64,000 nucleotides of DNA from Escherichia coli (GTDB lineage Bacteria; Pseudomonadota; Gammaproteobacteria; Enterobacterales; Enterobacteriaceae): assembly GCF_003334305.1 (NCBI RefSeq), contig NZ_QOWS01000005.1; one strand, given 5' to 3'. The notes beneath the pieces were generated by a model. That model ran no database searches. It had not been told where the DNA came from and saw only the letters and a program-made list of their open reading frames with translations. Below are positions 11,283-21,600 of this stretch, piece by piece. The translations under genes were made by a program, and so were the position numbers. Each line of letters begins with the position of its first letter. Position 1 is the first letter of the stretch.

Positions 11283-12494
11283 TCAGTGTGATTCGCTATG
11301 AGCGACTTCGGCATTGCCATGATTCTGGCAGCCAACTTCTTCACAACGTTGCATCATGTAACCCAGAGCGACCAGCACTACTGTTGATAACATCACGCTG
11401 GTGGTGGTGAGCAATGGCGTGCTGATACTGATCAGCCAGGAAACTACCAGACTTGCGAGGAAGCACAGACCCAGTTGTAGAGTGTTCTGCAATGCTGCGG
11501 CGCGACCAGTTGCGTGTGGGAAGGGACGCAGCGCCTGGGCGACAACAATCGGGTAGATCGCGCCATTGGCAATCGCCATCACACAGAATGGGATCAGGAT
11601 TTCGACCAGCGACACATGGCTAATGAAGCCTGCAGCCCAGGTCGCAATGACGCTGACTGCAAACAGCACCAGCAACCACGGTAATAACTGCTTGCCTTGC
11701 CATTTCTGCAGCGCGGCGCGACAGCCATAACCACCAATCAGAAACGCGATAGTTTGCGGGACATAACTTAAACCAATAACTGCCGGGCTGTAGCCCATTT
11801 CACTAAGGATGAACGGTGAACCGGTCAGCCATGCAAAAAAACTGGCTGAACAGGCCGCGTATATCAGCACGTTGCCGCGATAGGTTTTAGAACGTAGCAG
11901 GTCGGTAAAGGTCAGACCATCCTGACTATTGTTACGGGCCTTCGTCGTGGGTTTGAGCCAGAAAATAGGCAGAATCAGCACCACGGTAATGGCAAACAGG
12001 GTGGCGAAAATCGCCTGCCAGGAAAAATGGACCAGCAGCCAGCTTCCTAACAGAGGAGCCAGGGCCGGAGATAGACCCACCAGCGGCATGATGGTCGCAA
12101 AAATTCGGTTAACTTTCTGTGAAGGATAATAATCCGTCACTAACGCTTGCCAGATAACCGCCGCGGCGCAGACACCCACAGCCTGTACAAAACGCAATAC
12201 CAGCAGCGTAGCGGCGTTTTCTACCCACAGCATCCCCAGACTACCTAACGCAAAAATTGTCAGGCCGATTAATAACACCGGTTTACGACCATAACGGTCG
12301 GAGAGTGGCCCCCACAGAAGCTGGGCTGCGGCAAAACCGGCAAGGAACAGACTAAGGCTGGCACTGACAGCAGACGCAGGCGTTTGCAGGTCGGCCTGTA
12401 TGGCGGCGAAAGCAGGCAGATACATATCGGTTGCCAGAAAACCGAGTACGCTCAAACCCGCCAGCCAGACTAAAAATCTTTTCCCAGGTTGCAT
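11283..12494 (-). CDS. punC: MFS transporter (purine nucleoside transporter PunC, formerly YdhC)
   Basis: ORF-track 403 aa, 12-TM MFS-like; divergent from LysR regulator. Confidence 0.9.
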   Translation of the reverse strand: MQPGKRFLVWLAGLSVLGFLATDMYLPAFAAIQADLQTPASAVSASLSLFLAGFAAAQLLWGPLSDRYGRKPVLLIGLTIFALGSLGMLWVENAATLLVLRFVQAVGVCAAAVIWQALVTDYYPSQKVNRIFATIMPLVGLSPALAPLLGSWLLVHFSWQAIFATLFAITVVLILPIFWLKPTTKARNNSQDGLTFTDLLRSKTYRGNVLIYAACSASFFAWLTGSPFILSEMGYSPAVIGLSYVPQTIAFLIGGYGCRAALQKWQGKQLLPWLLVLFAVSVIATWAAGFISHVSLVEILIPFCVMAIANGAIYPIVVAQALRPFPHATGRAAALQNTLQLGLCFLASLVVSWLISISTPLLTTTSVMLSTVVLVALGYMMQRCEEVGCQNHGNAEVAHSESH

Positions 12495-12606
12495 GTATAT
12501 TCTCTAAATCTCTCAATTAAACACCGCCGCAAAGTGTAGGGAGTGAAATTAGTGTTGTGAAACGGTAATATTTGATGACTGGTTTCAAAAATTTTGCAGG
12601 CAGACT

Positions 12607-13539
12607 ATGTGGTCAGAATATTCACTCGAAGTTGTTGATGCGGTAGCGCGTAATGGTAGTTTTAGCGCTGCGGCACAGGAGCTGCATCGCGTTCCTTCTG
12701 CGGTCAGCTATACCGTGCGTCAGCTGGAAGAGTGGCTGGCGGTGCCGCTCTTTGAACGACGGCACCGTGATGTGGAGCTGACCGCTGCTGGAGCGTGGTT
12801 TCTCAAAGAAGGGCGCTCTGTTGTCAAAAAAATGCAGATCACCCGCCAGCAATGTCAGCAGATAGCGAACGGCTGGCGCGGTCAGTTAGCTATCGCAGTG
12901 GATAATATTGTCAGGCCAGAACGTACACGGCAGATGATCGTTGATTTTTATCGCCATTTTGATGATGTCGAACTTCTTGTCTTTCAGGAAGTGTTCAACG
13001 GTGTCTGGGATGCGCTTTCCGACGGGCGCGTGGAACTGGCGATTGGCGCAACACGCGCGATTCCGGTAGGCGGTCGTTATGCCTTCCGGGATATGGGGAT
13101 GCTAAGCTGGAGTTGCGTTGTTGCCAGCCACCACCCGCTGGCGTTGATGGATGGCCCATTCAGCGATGATACGTTGCGCAACTGGCCGTCGTTGGTGCGC
13201 GAAGACACCTCGCGAACGCTACCTAAACGTATTACCTGGTTGCTGGATAACCAAAAAAGAGTTGTCGTGCCTGACTGGGAATCATCGGCAACCTGTATCT
13301 CGGCAGGATTATGCATAGGGATGGTGCCAACACATTTCGCCAAACCGTGGCTTAATGAGGGGAAGTGGGTAGCACTTGAATTGGAAAACCCCTTCCCGGA
13401 TTCGGCATGTTGTCTGACATGGCAGCAAAATGATATGTCGCCTGCGTTAACCTGGCTGCTTGAGTATCTCGGCGATAGTGAGACGCTGAATAAGGAGTGG
13501 CTGCGGGAGCCGGAAGAGACTCCCGCAACGGGTGATTAA
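12607..13539 (+). CDS. punR: LysR-family transcriptional regulator (PunR, formerly YdhB)
   Basis: ORF-track 310 aa; N-terminal HTH; divergent from punC. Confidence 0.9.
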
Positions 13540-14561
13540 CGACGATAGTCGCGGAACGGGCCGTCAGCCACGGAGCGGCGTTCAATCAAGCGCGGATGCA
13601 CTTCAATGGACTGCGGTTCTTCACGTTTGTTGACGATACGATCCAACAGCATGTTGAACGCTGTTTCACCCAGCGAATCTTTTGGCTGGTGGATCGTGGT
13701 CAGCGCCGGCGTAAAATAGCGGGCGTTGCGCACGTTATCATAACCGATCAGCGAAACATCCTGCGGGACGCGCAGACCCATTTCATCAGCAGCACAAAGT
13801 GCGCCCATTGCCATGATATCGCCACCACAGAAGACGGCAGTAGGGCGATGCGGCTGCGACAGTATTTGCTGCATGGCGCGATAACCAGATTCGGGTTCAA
13901 AGTCACCCTGAACAATCCAGCTTTCCGGCACCTTGATCATCGCTTCTTCCATCGCCTTCATAAAACCGGCAAGGCGGCCTGCGCCGGTGTTACGTTCCAG
14001 CGGGCCGGGGATGACGCCGATTTCGCGGTGACCGCGTTCAATCAGATAACGCCCGGCCATGTAGCCGCCTTCGAACGCGTTATCAATGACCGCATCGGTG
14101 AAGTCAGCTTTTGCTTCACCCCAGTCCATCACCACCATTGGGATATGGCGATACTCTTCCAGCATCGCCAGCAACGGCTCTGGGTACTCAGAACACATCA
14201 CCAGCAGACCATCGACGCGTTTTTGCGCCATCATCGACAGATAAGCCCGCTGTTTCTCAAGATTGTTCCACGCATTACCCAGAATCAGGGTGTAACCTTT
14301 CTGGAAGCAATTTTTTTCAACCGCTTCAATGATCTCGGCAAAATAGGCCGCTTCGCTGCTGGTCGCCAGCAAACCGATAGACTTGGTGTGGTTAACCTTC
14401 AGGCTACGCGCCACCGCGCTAGGGGAGTAGTGTAATTCTTTAATCGCTGCCCACACGGCGTTGCGCGTTTCTTCAGCGACGAAACGTGTTTTGTTGATTA
14501 CGTGTGACACAGTTGTAGTGGAAACGTTTGCTCGTTTCGCTACATCTTTTATTGTTGCCAT
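13536..14561 (-). CDS. purR: Purine repressor PurR (LacI family)
   Basis: ORF-track 341 aa starting [33 protein letters not shown]; stop overlaps punR stop within palindrome TTAA. Confidence 0.95.
14518..14533 (-). promoter_or_regulatory. Second PUR-box-like operator inside the 5' end of purR coding sequence
   Basis: Minus-strand GAGCAAACGTTTCCAC; spacing (~80 bp from first box) fits the known two-operator autoregulation of purR. Confidence 0.5.
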
Positions 14562-14605
14562 TCCATTTCACTCCAGACCCTAACTTCAGCTCCTGCAAAA
14601 TCGCA

Positions 14606-14621
14606 AGGTAAACGTTTGCCT
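14606..14621 (-). promoter_or_regulatory. PurR operator (PUR box) in purR 5' leader
   Basis: Minus-strand AGGCAAACGTTTACCT, near-palindrome with the AAACGTTT core of the PUR box; about 45 nt upstream of the purR start codon. Confidence 0.6.
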
Positions 14622-14859
14622 TTACACACCTTACGCACAACAAAAGTGTTGCGGTACGCCGGAAAAACGACACGGAGCGTCAGGAAGGGGTCAATGGCCA
14701 GTACGCAAATAGTGTAAGCGTGGAATTTTGGCCGATCTTGACGAAAAGGGGAAGTGGTAAAAACACTTATCATTATAAATGACGGGAGATTTTTTCATCA
14801 CAGTGTGTAAAAATGCGTAATATCACTTTTTGTGTGGTAATAAAAAAGGAGAAAACTTG

Positions 14860-14949
14860 ATGAGCACCGACCTTAAATTTTCACTGGTAACAACGATTAT
14901 CGTCCTCGGTTTGATCGTAGCCGTGGGTTTGACTGCCGCGCTGCACTGA
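14860..14949 (+). CDS. ynhF: Small membrane protein YnhF (29 aa)
   Basis: Not in ORF track (below length cutoff); ATG at 14860 after GGAG, encodes MSTDLKFSLVTTIIVLGLIVAVGLTAALH, single TM helix; matches remembered ynhF. Confidence 0.7.
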   Translation: MSTDLKFSLVTTIIVLGLIVAVGLTAALH

Positions 14950-15114
14950 TTTCCTCTCGAGGGAGCGCGTTCTCCCTCGCATCTCCTTCCTGTTTGTTAG
15001 CAAAATGGCAAAAGTGTTTTCTCTTTTTGTTATTTTCATTTTTTTGTGATTGCTGTCATGCTTTCGCCACTTTAATGAATATCGCGTAATGACGCGAAGA
15101 GGTGGAGATAAGGC

Positions 15115-16284
15115 ATGAAAATTAACTATCCGTTGCTGGCGCTGGCGATTGGCGCGTTTGGTATCGGGACAACGGAGTTCTCGCCAATGGGCTTGTTGCC
15201 CGTCATTGCGCGCGGTGTGGATGTCTCGATTCCCGCTGCCGGAATGTTAATCAGTGCCTATGCAGTTGGCGTAATGGTGGGCGCGCCGCTGATGACGCTT
15301 CTACTTTCTCATCGTGCCCGCCGCAGTGCGTTGATTTTCCTGATGGCAATTTTCACGCTCGGCAACGTACTTTCCGCCATCGCGCCGGATTATATGACCC
15401 TGATGCTTTCACGCATTTTGACCAGCCTGAATCACGGAGCATTTTTTGGTTTGGGTTCAGTCGTGGCCGCAAGCGTGGTGCCAAAACATAAACAGGCCAG
15501 CGCAGTTGCCACTATGTTTATGGGGTTAACCCTGGCAAATATCGGTGGCGTGCCGGCGGCGACCTGGTTGGGTGAAACCATCGGCTGGCGGATGTCATTT
15601 CTGGCAACGGCGGGGCTGGGAGTGATTTCAATGGTAAGTCTGTTCTTCTCATTACCTAAAGGTGGTGCAGGGGCACGACCTGAAGTGAAAAAAGAGCTGG
15701 CGGTATTAATGCGTCCGCAGGTGCTGTCTGCATTGCTGACGACGGTACTGGGAGCTGGTGCAATGTTTACTCTCTACACCTATATCTCTCCGGTACTGCA
15801 AAGTATTACCCACGCAACACCGGTGTTCGTCACGGCAATGCTGGTGCTGATTGGTGTCGGATTCTCTATCGGTAACTATCTCGGCGGCAAACTGGCAGAT
15901 CGTTCAGTTAACGGCACGTTGAAAGGCTTTTTGTTGTTGTTGATGGTGATTATGCTGGCAATCCCGTTCCTGGCCCGCAATGAGTTCGGCGCAGCTATTA
16001 GCATGGTGGTGTGGGGCGCAGCAACCTTTGCGGTCGTACCGCCGTTACAGATGCGCGTGATGCGTGTCGCCAGTGAAGCGCCAGGTCTGTCTTCATCAGT
16101 CAATATTGGTGCCTTTAATCTTGGAAATGCGCTGGGAGCAGCTGCTGGTGGTGCGGTAATTTCCGCTGGGCTGGGATACAGCTTTGTGCCGGTGATGGGA
16201 GCGATTGTCGCGGGACTGGCATTATTGCTGGTGTTTATGTCAGCCAGAAAACAACCTGAAACAGTTTGCGTTGCTAACAGCTAA
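15115..16284 (+). CDS. ydhP: MFS transporter YdhP
   Basis: ORF-track 389 aa, 12-TM MFS-like. Confidence 0.9.
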   Translation: MKINYPLLALAIGAFGIGTTEFSPMGLLPVIARGVDVSIPAAGMLISAYAVGVMVGAPLMTLLLSHRARRSALIFLMAIFTLGNVLSAIAPDYMTLMLSRILTSLNHGAFFGLGSVVAASVVPKHKQASAVATMFMGLTLANIGGVPAATWLGETIGWRMSFLATAGLGVISMVSLFFSLPKGGAGARPEVKKELAVLMRPQVLSALLTTVLGAGAMFTLYTYISPVLQSITHATPVFVTAMLVLIGVGFSIGNYLGGKLADRSVNGTLKGFLLLLMVIMLAIPFLARNEFGAAISMVVWGAATFAVVPPLQMRVMRVASEAPGLSSSVNIGAFNLGNALGAAAGGAVISAGLGYSFVPVMGAIVAGLALLLVFMSARKQPETVCVANS

Positions 16285-16286
16285 TT

Positions 16287-16318
16287 AAACAAAAACGCAG
16301 AAGGATAACCTTCTGCGT
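16287..16318 (-). terminator. Hairpin terminator in the ydhP/sodB convergent intergenic region
   Basis: Stem ACGCAGAAGG / CCTTCTGCGT (16295-16318); on the minus strand it is followed by TTTTTGTTT. Confidence 0.5.
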
Positions 16319-16359
16319 TACAGTTGCTGACAACGTGCGATTTATCTTGCCGAATGCGC

Positions 16360-16410
16360 TGTTAACGCCTCATCCGCGTTGGCATGGTAAGCGAAGCGCA
16401 TCAGGCAATG
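16360..16410. repeat. REP (repetitive extragenic palindrome)-like element downstream of sodB
   Basis: Minus-strand reading GCCTGATGCGCTTCGCTTACCATGCC resembles the REP consensus (GCCTGATGCG...CTTATCAGGCC); imperfect match, assigned by eye. Confidence 0.4.
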
Positions 16411-16429
16411 CTGCATTTGCCATCAGTTA

Positions 16430-17011
16430 TTATGCAGCGAGATTTTTCGCTACGAATTCCCAGTTCACCAGCGCCCAGAAGTGCTCCAGATAGCCAGGAC
16501 GTGCATTGCGATAGTCGATGTAATAAGCGTGTTCCCAGACATCAACGGTCAGCAGCGGAGTCGCATCGGTGGTCAGCGGAGTACCCGCGTTAGAGGTTGA
16601 AACGATAGCCAGTTTGCCATCGCTGTTTTTCACCAGCCAGGTCCAGCCAGAACCAAAGTTTTTGATCGCTGCATCAGTAAACTGCGCTTTGAAATCGGCA
16701 AAGCTGCCAAAAGATGCGGCGATAGCTTCAGCGACTTTTCCAGTCGGTTCGCCACCGGCGTTCGGTGCCAGGCAGTTCCAGTAGAAAGTATGGTTCCAGA
16801 CCTGAGCTGCGTTGTTGAATACGCCACCTTCAGAGCTGCGAATAATCTCTTCCAGTGATTTACCTTCAAACGCGGTACCTTTAATCAGGTTGTTCAGGTT
16901 AGTGACATAAGTCTGATGATGCTTGCCGTAGTGATACTCGATAGTTTCCGCAGAAATGTGCGGTGCCAGAGCATCTTTAGCATATGGTAGTGCAGGTAAT
17001 TCGAATGACAT
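16430..17011 (-). CDS. sodB: Superoxide dismutase [Fe]
   Basis: ORF-track 193 aa starting [32 protein letters not shown]; recognised. Confidence 0.97.
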   Translation of the reverse strand: MSFELPALPYAKDALAPHISAETIEYHYGKHHQTYVTNLNNLIKGTAFEGKSLEEIIRSSEGGVFNNAAQVWNHTFYWNCLAPNAGGEPTGKVAEAIAASFGSFADFKAQFTDAAIKNFGSGWTWLVKNSDGKLAIVSTSNAGTPLTTDATPLLTVDVWEHAYYIDYRNARPGYLEHFWALVNWEFVAKNLAA

Positions 17012-17138
17012 TGCTACTCTCCTTTATTATTAATTTGCATACGTACAATAGCCTTATTGTGCGTATGGATAGGGTAGCAAATTAAAAGGTGAGACAAAAG
17101 ATGAACTTACCCTGTTGCCGTAACAACAGGGTAAAGTT

Positions 17139-17954
17139 TTAGCGAAGTGTTTTTGGGGTCATTACCCGACGAGCGCCAACATAGTGGCGCTGCCAGTAGT
17201 CTTCACTGAGAGAAGTGATTTGAATTTCCTGACCTGTGCGCGGTGACTGAATAAATTTGCCGTTGCCGACATACACGCCGACATGATCGGCTGTGCCGCG
17301 TCCCTGAGTACGGAAAAAGACCAGGTCGCCGTTTTTCAGTTCACTACGTTCGATTGGCGCTGCATCACGCAGGTGATACATTTCATTCGCCGTACGCGGA
17401 ATACGAATTTTCACCAAATCTTTATAAGCGTAATAAACCAGGCCGCTGCAATCAAAACCGGTACGCGGTGAGCTGCCACCCCAACGATATGGCTTACCAA
17501 TTTGCTGCATCAGTTTATTCATTGCCACTTTCGTAGCTTTTTGCACCTTCGCTTTGTGCGCGTCGGCAAGAGTTCCTGACGCGGCATTTTTGACTTTCAC
17601 ACAATGCGATTTATAGCCCTTACGTTTGGTACACTTTTCGGTAAAGCTGGCTGAGGCCGTTTTATTGACGGCGTGTTTGCTGCGAGTTTTGGCGTTTTTA
17701 GAAGCGGTAATGGAAGATTTTTTAACGGAAGAAGCGGTTTTGCTTTTGGTCGTACTTTTACTGGCGGCTTTTTTCGCTGTTTTCTGGGTCTTTTTGGTGG
17801 TTGCCGTGCTTTTCTTTTTATCTGCTTTTTTGGTGATATGAGTGGTAGCAGAACTCTCCCTGGCTTGCTTTGAAGCATGGGCCATAGGCGTTAAAGGCAG
17901 GGTGGTAAAAAGTAAAGCACAGAGCGTGATCGAAATACGGTTTATCCGCGCCAC
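17139..17954 (-). CDS. mepH: NlpC/P60-family peptidoglycan endopeptidase MepH (YdhO)
   Basis: ORF-track 271 aa; signal peptide, K/T/S-rich low-complexity linker, C-terminal NlpC/P60 domain with catalytic Cys context GFDCSGLV. Confidence 0.9.
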   Translation of the reverse strand: MARINRISITLCALLFTTLPLTPMAHASKQARESSATTHITKKADKKKSTATTKKTQKTAKKAASKSTTKSKTASSVKKSSITASKNAKTRSKHAVNKTASASFTEKCTKRKGYKSHCVKVKNAASGTLADAHKAKVQKATKVAMNKLMQQIGKPYRWGGSSPRTGFDCSGLVYYAYKDLVKIRIPRTANEMYHLRDAAPIERSELKNGDLVFFRTQGRGTADHVGVYVGNGKFIQSPRTGQEIQITSLSEDYWQRHYVGARRVMTPKTLR

Positions 17955-18287
17955 TGAGCGTCCCTCTGTTAAGGCAGGTCTATCATGCCTGCGTCTGATT
18001 TACAAAACTTGATGATTCTAATGCATAGAAGAAGAGAAAGTTAATAGCTTTTATTGTTAAAAAATACGTTTCGTTGGCGAGCGCAAAAAAATGCAGCAGT
18101 GAAAGCTAAAAATGGTTATAAATACGCCAGTTTGCCGGCATCAGAGAAGAAACGAATATTTGAAATGCAACAAATAGAGCAAAGGGATAAAATAGCAAAA
18201 GCGTGATGAAAATGTTATTTTCCGATGCCGCACTGACCCGCTACAATGTCAGATTACTGCCGTAAAGAAGTTTGAGGAAGCAAGACA

Positions 18288-18635
18288 ATGAGCACCACTA
18301 TCGAAAAAATCCAACGCCAGATTGCTGAAAACCCGATCCTGCTGTACATGAAAGGTTCACCGAAACTGCCGAGCTGCGGTTTCTCTGCCCAGGCAGTCCA
18401 GGCGCTTGCCGCATGTGGCGAACGTTTTGCCTATGTTGATATTCTGCAGAATCCGGACATTCGTGCGGAACTGCCGAAATATGCTAACTGGCCGACCTTC
18501 CCGCAACTGTGGGTTGACGGCGAGCTGGTCGGCGGTTGTGATATCGTGATCGAAATGTATCAGCGTGGCGAACTGCAGCAGCTGATCAAAGAAACTGCCG
18601 CTAAATACAAGTCTGAAGAGCCGGACGCGGAATAA
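18288..18635 (+). CDS. grxD: Monothiol glutaredoxin Grx4
   Basis: ORF-track 115 aa; CGFS active-site motif (PSCGFS). Confidence 0.95.
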   Translation: MSTTIEKIQRQIAENPILLYMKGSPKLPSCGFSAQAVQALAACGERFAYVDILQNPDIRAELPKYANWPTFPQLWVDGELVGGCDIVIEMYQRGELQQLIKETAAKYKSEEPDAE

Positions 18636-18649
18636 TCCGTCCTGCAATA

Positions 18650-18685
18650 CTGACGGATGCGAACGGGCATCCGTCAGTCCTTTCT
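18650..18685 (+). terminator. Terminator hairpin downstream of grxD
   Basis: 11-bp stem CTGACGGATGC / GCATCCGTCAG with 6-nt loop followed by TCCTTTCTCT. Confidence 0.55.
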
Positions 18686-21600
18686 CTATCCCCAATCCAG
18701 CCCTTGTGGCGAACTTGAAAATCCCGCCTCACGCAGCAGCGTAAACATCGGCGTTTGCCGGACCGGTAGAGCATTCACTTCTGTTAGCGTAAAGCGCAGC
18801 CGTGGTTCGCGACGCAGTGCGGTAGTCAGCGCGTGGAAAACCTCTGGGGCGAGTAATTCCTCTTTTTCCTGCCAGACCAGCATTTTTTTGCCACCTTGCG
18901 CCAGATAGAGTAACAATTTGCCGCCAGAAACGACCACCAGCGCACCCGCCCGACGCGTTGGAACCAGCGTTGCCGGATGTGCAGGCCAGGGCAGAAGATT
19001 TCCCCACACATTAGCCGGATCGTTGGCAGAGAGCGCCACTGGTGTATAGTGGCGCGTTTGCGTGGCTTGTGTCGCCAGATCGCGCAATCGGTCAATAGTC
19101 AGACGTTCAGCGAATTGCGCGCCACCCAGACCTTCTACAAAACGACCTCGCATAATTCGCCCGGAGTCTTCCATACTTCGACAAAGCGTTTGCATCGATG
19201 GAAACCCGCCAGGGATATTTTCGGCTATCACCGCCTGACGACTGATGATGCCGTAGCGGTCGAGCATATTTTCCGCCAGCGCCAGCATCCTTTCGGTATC
19301 GTTTAGTGGCTCCACCTGCAATAACGACCAGCGTCCAGCCAGATTTGGTGTGTTGTAAGATACCAGCGGCGAGACGGGTTGCGCATAGACAGGACGTCCA
19401 CGACGAGCCCGGTGACTGCGGCGAGTTGAGGTGCGTGCGTTGGAACTGCTGCGGGTGAGGGCGCGTAACGGTGCCCAAATGTCGCTGGTGATGACGCCTT
19501 GCCAGACCAGCGCCCATAACGCCTCTTGCAGGGCAGAGAGATCAACCGATTCGCCGATTTTGTCGCGTATCCGTTGGCTGATTTGTTGTGCAAACCAAGC
19601 TCCTCCGTCAGCCAGAACAGCGACTATCGCTTGTTGCAGCGCCGAACGATTCGCCTGATCCGCTTCGGCGGGAGTGAACGATTCTGCAGCATATTCCTGT
19701 AGATGCAGTGCCACCAGGCCGTCATCTTCACCCAGTTTTTTTTGCCCCGACCAGATAACCGCACCGGTTGCCAGTAATTCATCGAGCATTTCTGACGAAT
19801 AGTCGCGTACGCGGGCAGGCAGGATCTGGCTTTCCCAGAGTGAGGCGGGTAAACCGACTCCGGCAAGCTGTTCGATCACCCGCATCACGCCATCTACGCC
19901 CTCATAAACGCCTGGCGATGTTGAGGCAAAGAGCGCCGGGCTACCATCGGTGGCGGGTAATACGCCCTGACGTTCCAGCAGCAATCGCGCATAGGTCGTG
20001 GCTGCAACGGGACGCGTCGCTTCTCTGGCGGCTTGCAGCGAGCGCAAACGCAGACGACGAAATACTTCATCGCTCACCCAGATGTCTTGTTGCAGATTCA
20101 TCACCAGACCCTGTTCACGCAGTTGCTGAAGCTGCTCTTCGACAATGGCAATACCGAGACTAAACTCATGAGCCAGTTGTTCAGCCGTGACCAGAGCATG
20201 AGCCCGGAGATAGCGCAGAAAGAGATCGCGAAGCGGGTAACTGACTCTATGTAAATAAATCTCTGGCAATGACTCTGGTAGTCGTACGCCGAGGGCATCA
20301 CGCAGCCTGGCGGCATCATCCATACAGGCAAGACGCTCCTGTCCGCTAATCATCGCTGGGAAGATTCGTTTTACTGCAAGAAGATTTTCCAGATACGACG
20401 CAACCTCTTCACTGCTGCCTGTATGCCGTTGCGCCAGGTCTTCAACGGTCATTGGCCCCAGTTCGCGCAGCAGGTCGAACAATCCTTCTTCACCTTTCGC
20501 TCTTCTGCCAGGAGCCAGTCGTTGCAACTCTTCTTCCACCTGGCGAATGACCTGCGGGTCGAGTAATTCCCCCGGATCGACCTGTCCGAGTAGATTGCGC
20601 AGTAACTCGCTGTCCAGCGACAGTACGGATGCCCGGCGCTCTGCCAGCGGGGCGTCGCTCTGGTACATAAATTCCGCGACATAGCCGAACAATAAACTTG
20701 TGGCGAAAGGCGAGGGCGTAGTGGTCGTTACATCGGATATTTGAATTTCGCCACCGTTCAGGCGACGCATCAAACGTTCCAGTGCGGGAAGATCATAAAC
20801 ATCTTGCAGACATTCGCGTAGGGTTTCGAGAATGACCGGAAAATCCGGATATCCCTGAGCGATTTCCAGCAACTGACTGGCGCGCAGCCGTTGTTGCCAA
20901 AGCGGGGTGCGATGGCCCGGAGTGCGCCCCGGCATTAATAATGCCCGCGCGGCGCATTCGCGAAAACGGGCGGCGAAAAGTGCCGAGCTGCCTACCGCCT
21001 CGCGGACAATTTGCAGCAACTTTTCTGGTTCAAACAAAAAAATCGCGGCGTCGGGCAATTTACCATCAGTGTCAGGAATGCGCGCAACAATGCCGTCATC
21101 ACTGGCGACCACAGACGCGTCAGCGCCCCATAGGGCATGTATTCGCCCGGCAATCGCCAGCGCCCAGGGTTCATGCACCCGTCTTCCATAGGGAGAGTGC
21201 AAAATAATACGCCAGTCGCCAATTTCATCACGGCACCGTTCGAGGACCAGATGGCGACTCCCCGGAACGATGCCCGTCGCGTTGCGTTGCTCGTCAATCA
21301 ACCCCTGAATATTGGCGTTCGTATTTTCTTCTGCCAGCCACGGGGGAATAGTCCCGGAAAAGAACGCGCCATCCGCCAGTAAATGAAGAAAATCGCCGAT
21401 CATCTCGCCTAATTCAGCCGGACGTCCGTTACCTTCACCACGCCAGAAGGGGAGCCGGGCAGAACGACCCGGAGCAGGAGTCACAATCACCTGATCGCGG
21501 GTGATTTGCTGGATCCGCCATGAGGTAGCGCCGAGAGTGATAATGTCGTTCACCCGCGACTCATATACCATCTCCTCATCCAGTTCACCCACCCGCCGCG

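Noticed and set aside
13596-14435. 279-aa plus-strand ORF antisense to purR
   Set aside because: Shadow ORF on the opposite strand of a well-recognised gene; His/Arg-rich, low-complexity translation.
17597-17878. 93-aa Lys/Pro-rich minus-strand ORF and two plus-strand ORFs inside mepH
   Set aside because: They arise from the low-complexity K/T/S/A-rich linker of MepH; alternative frames of the same biased sequence.
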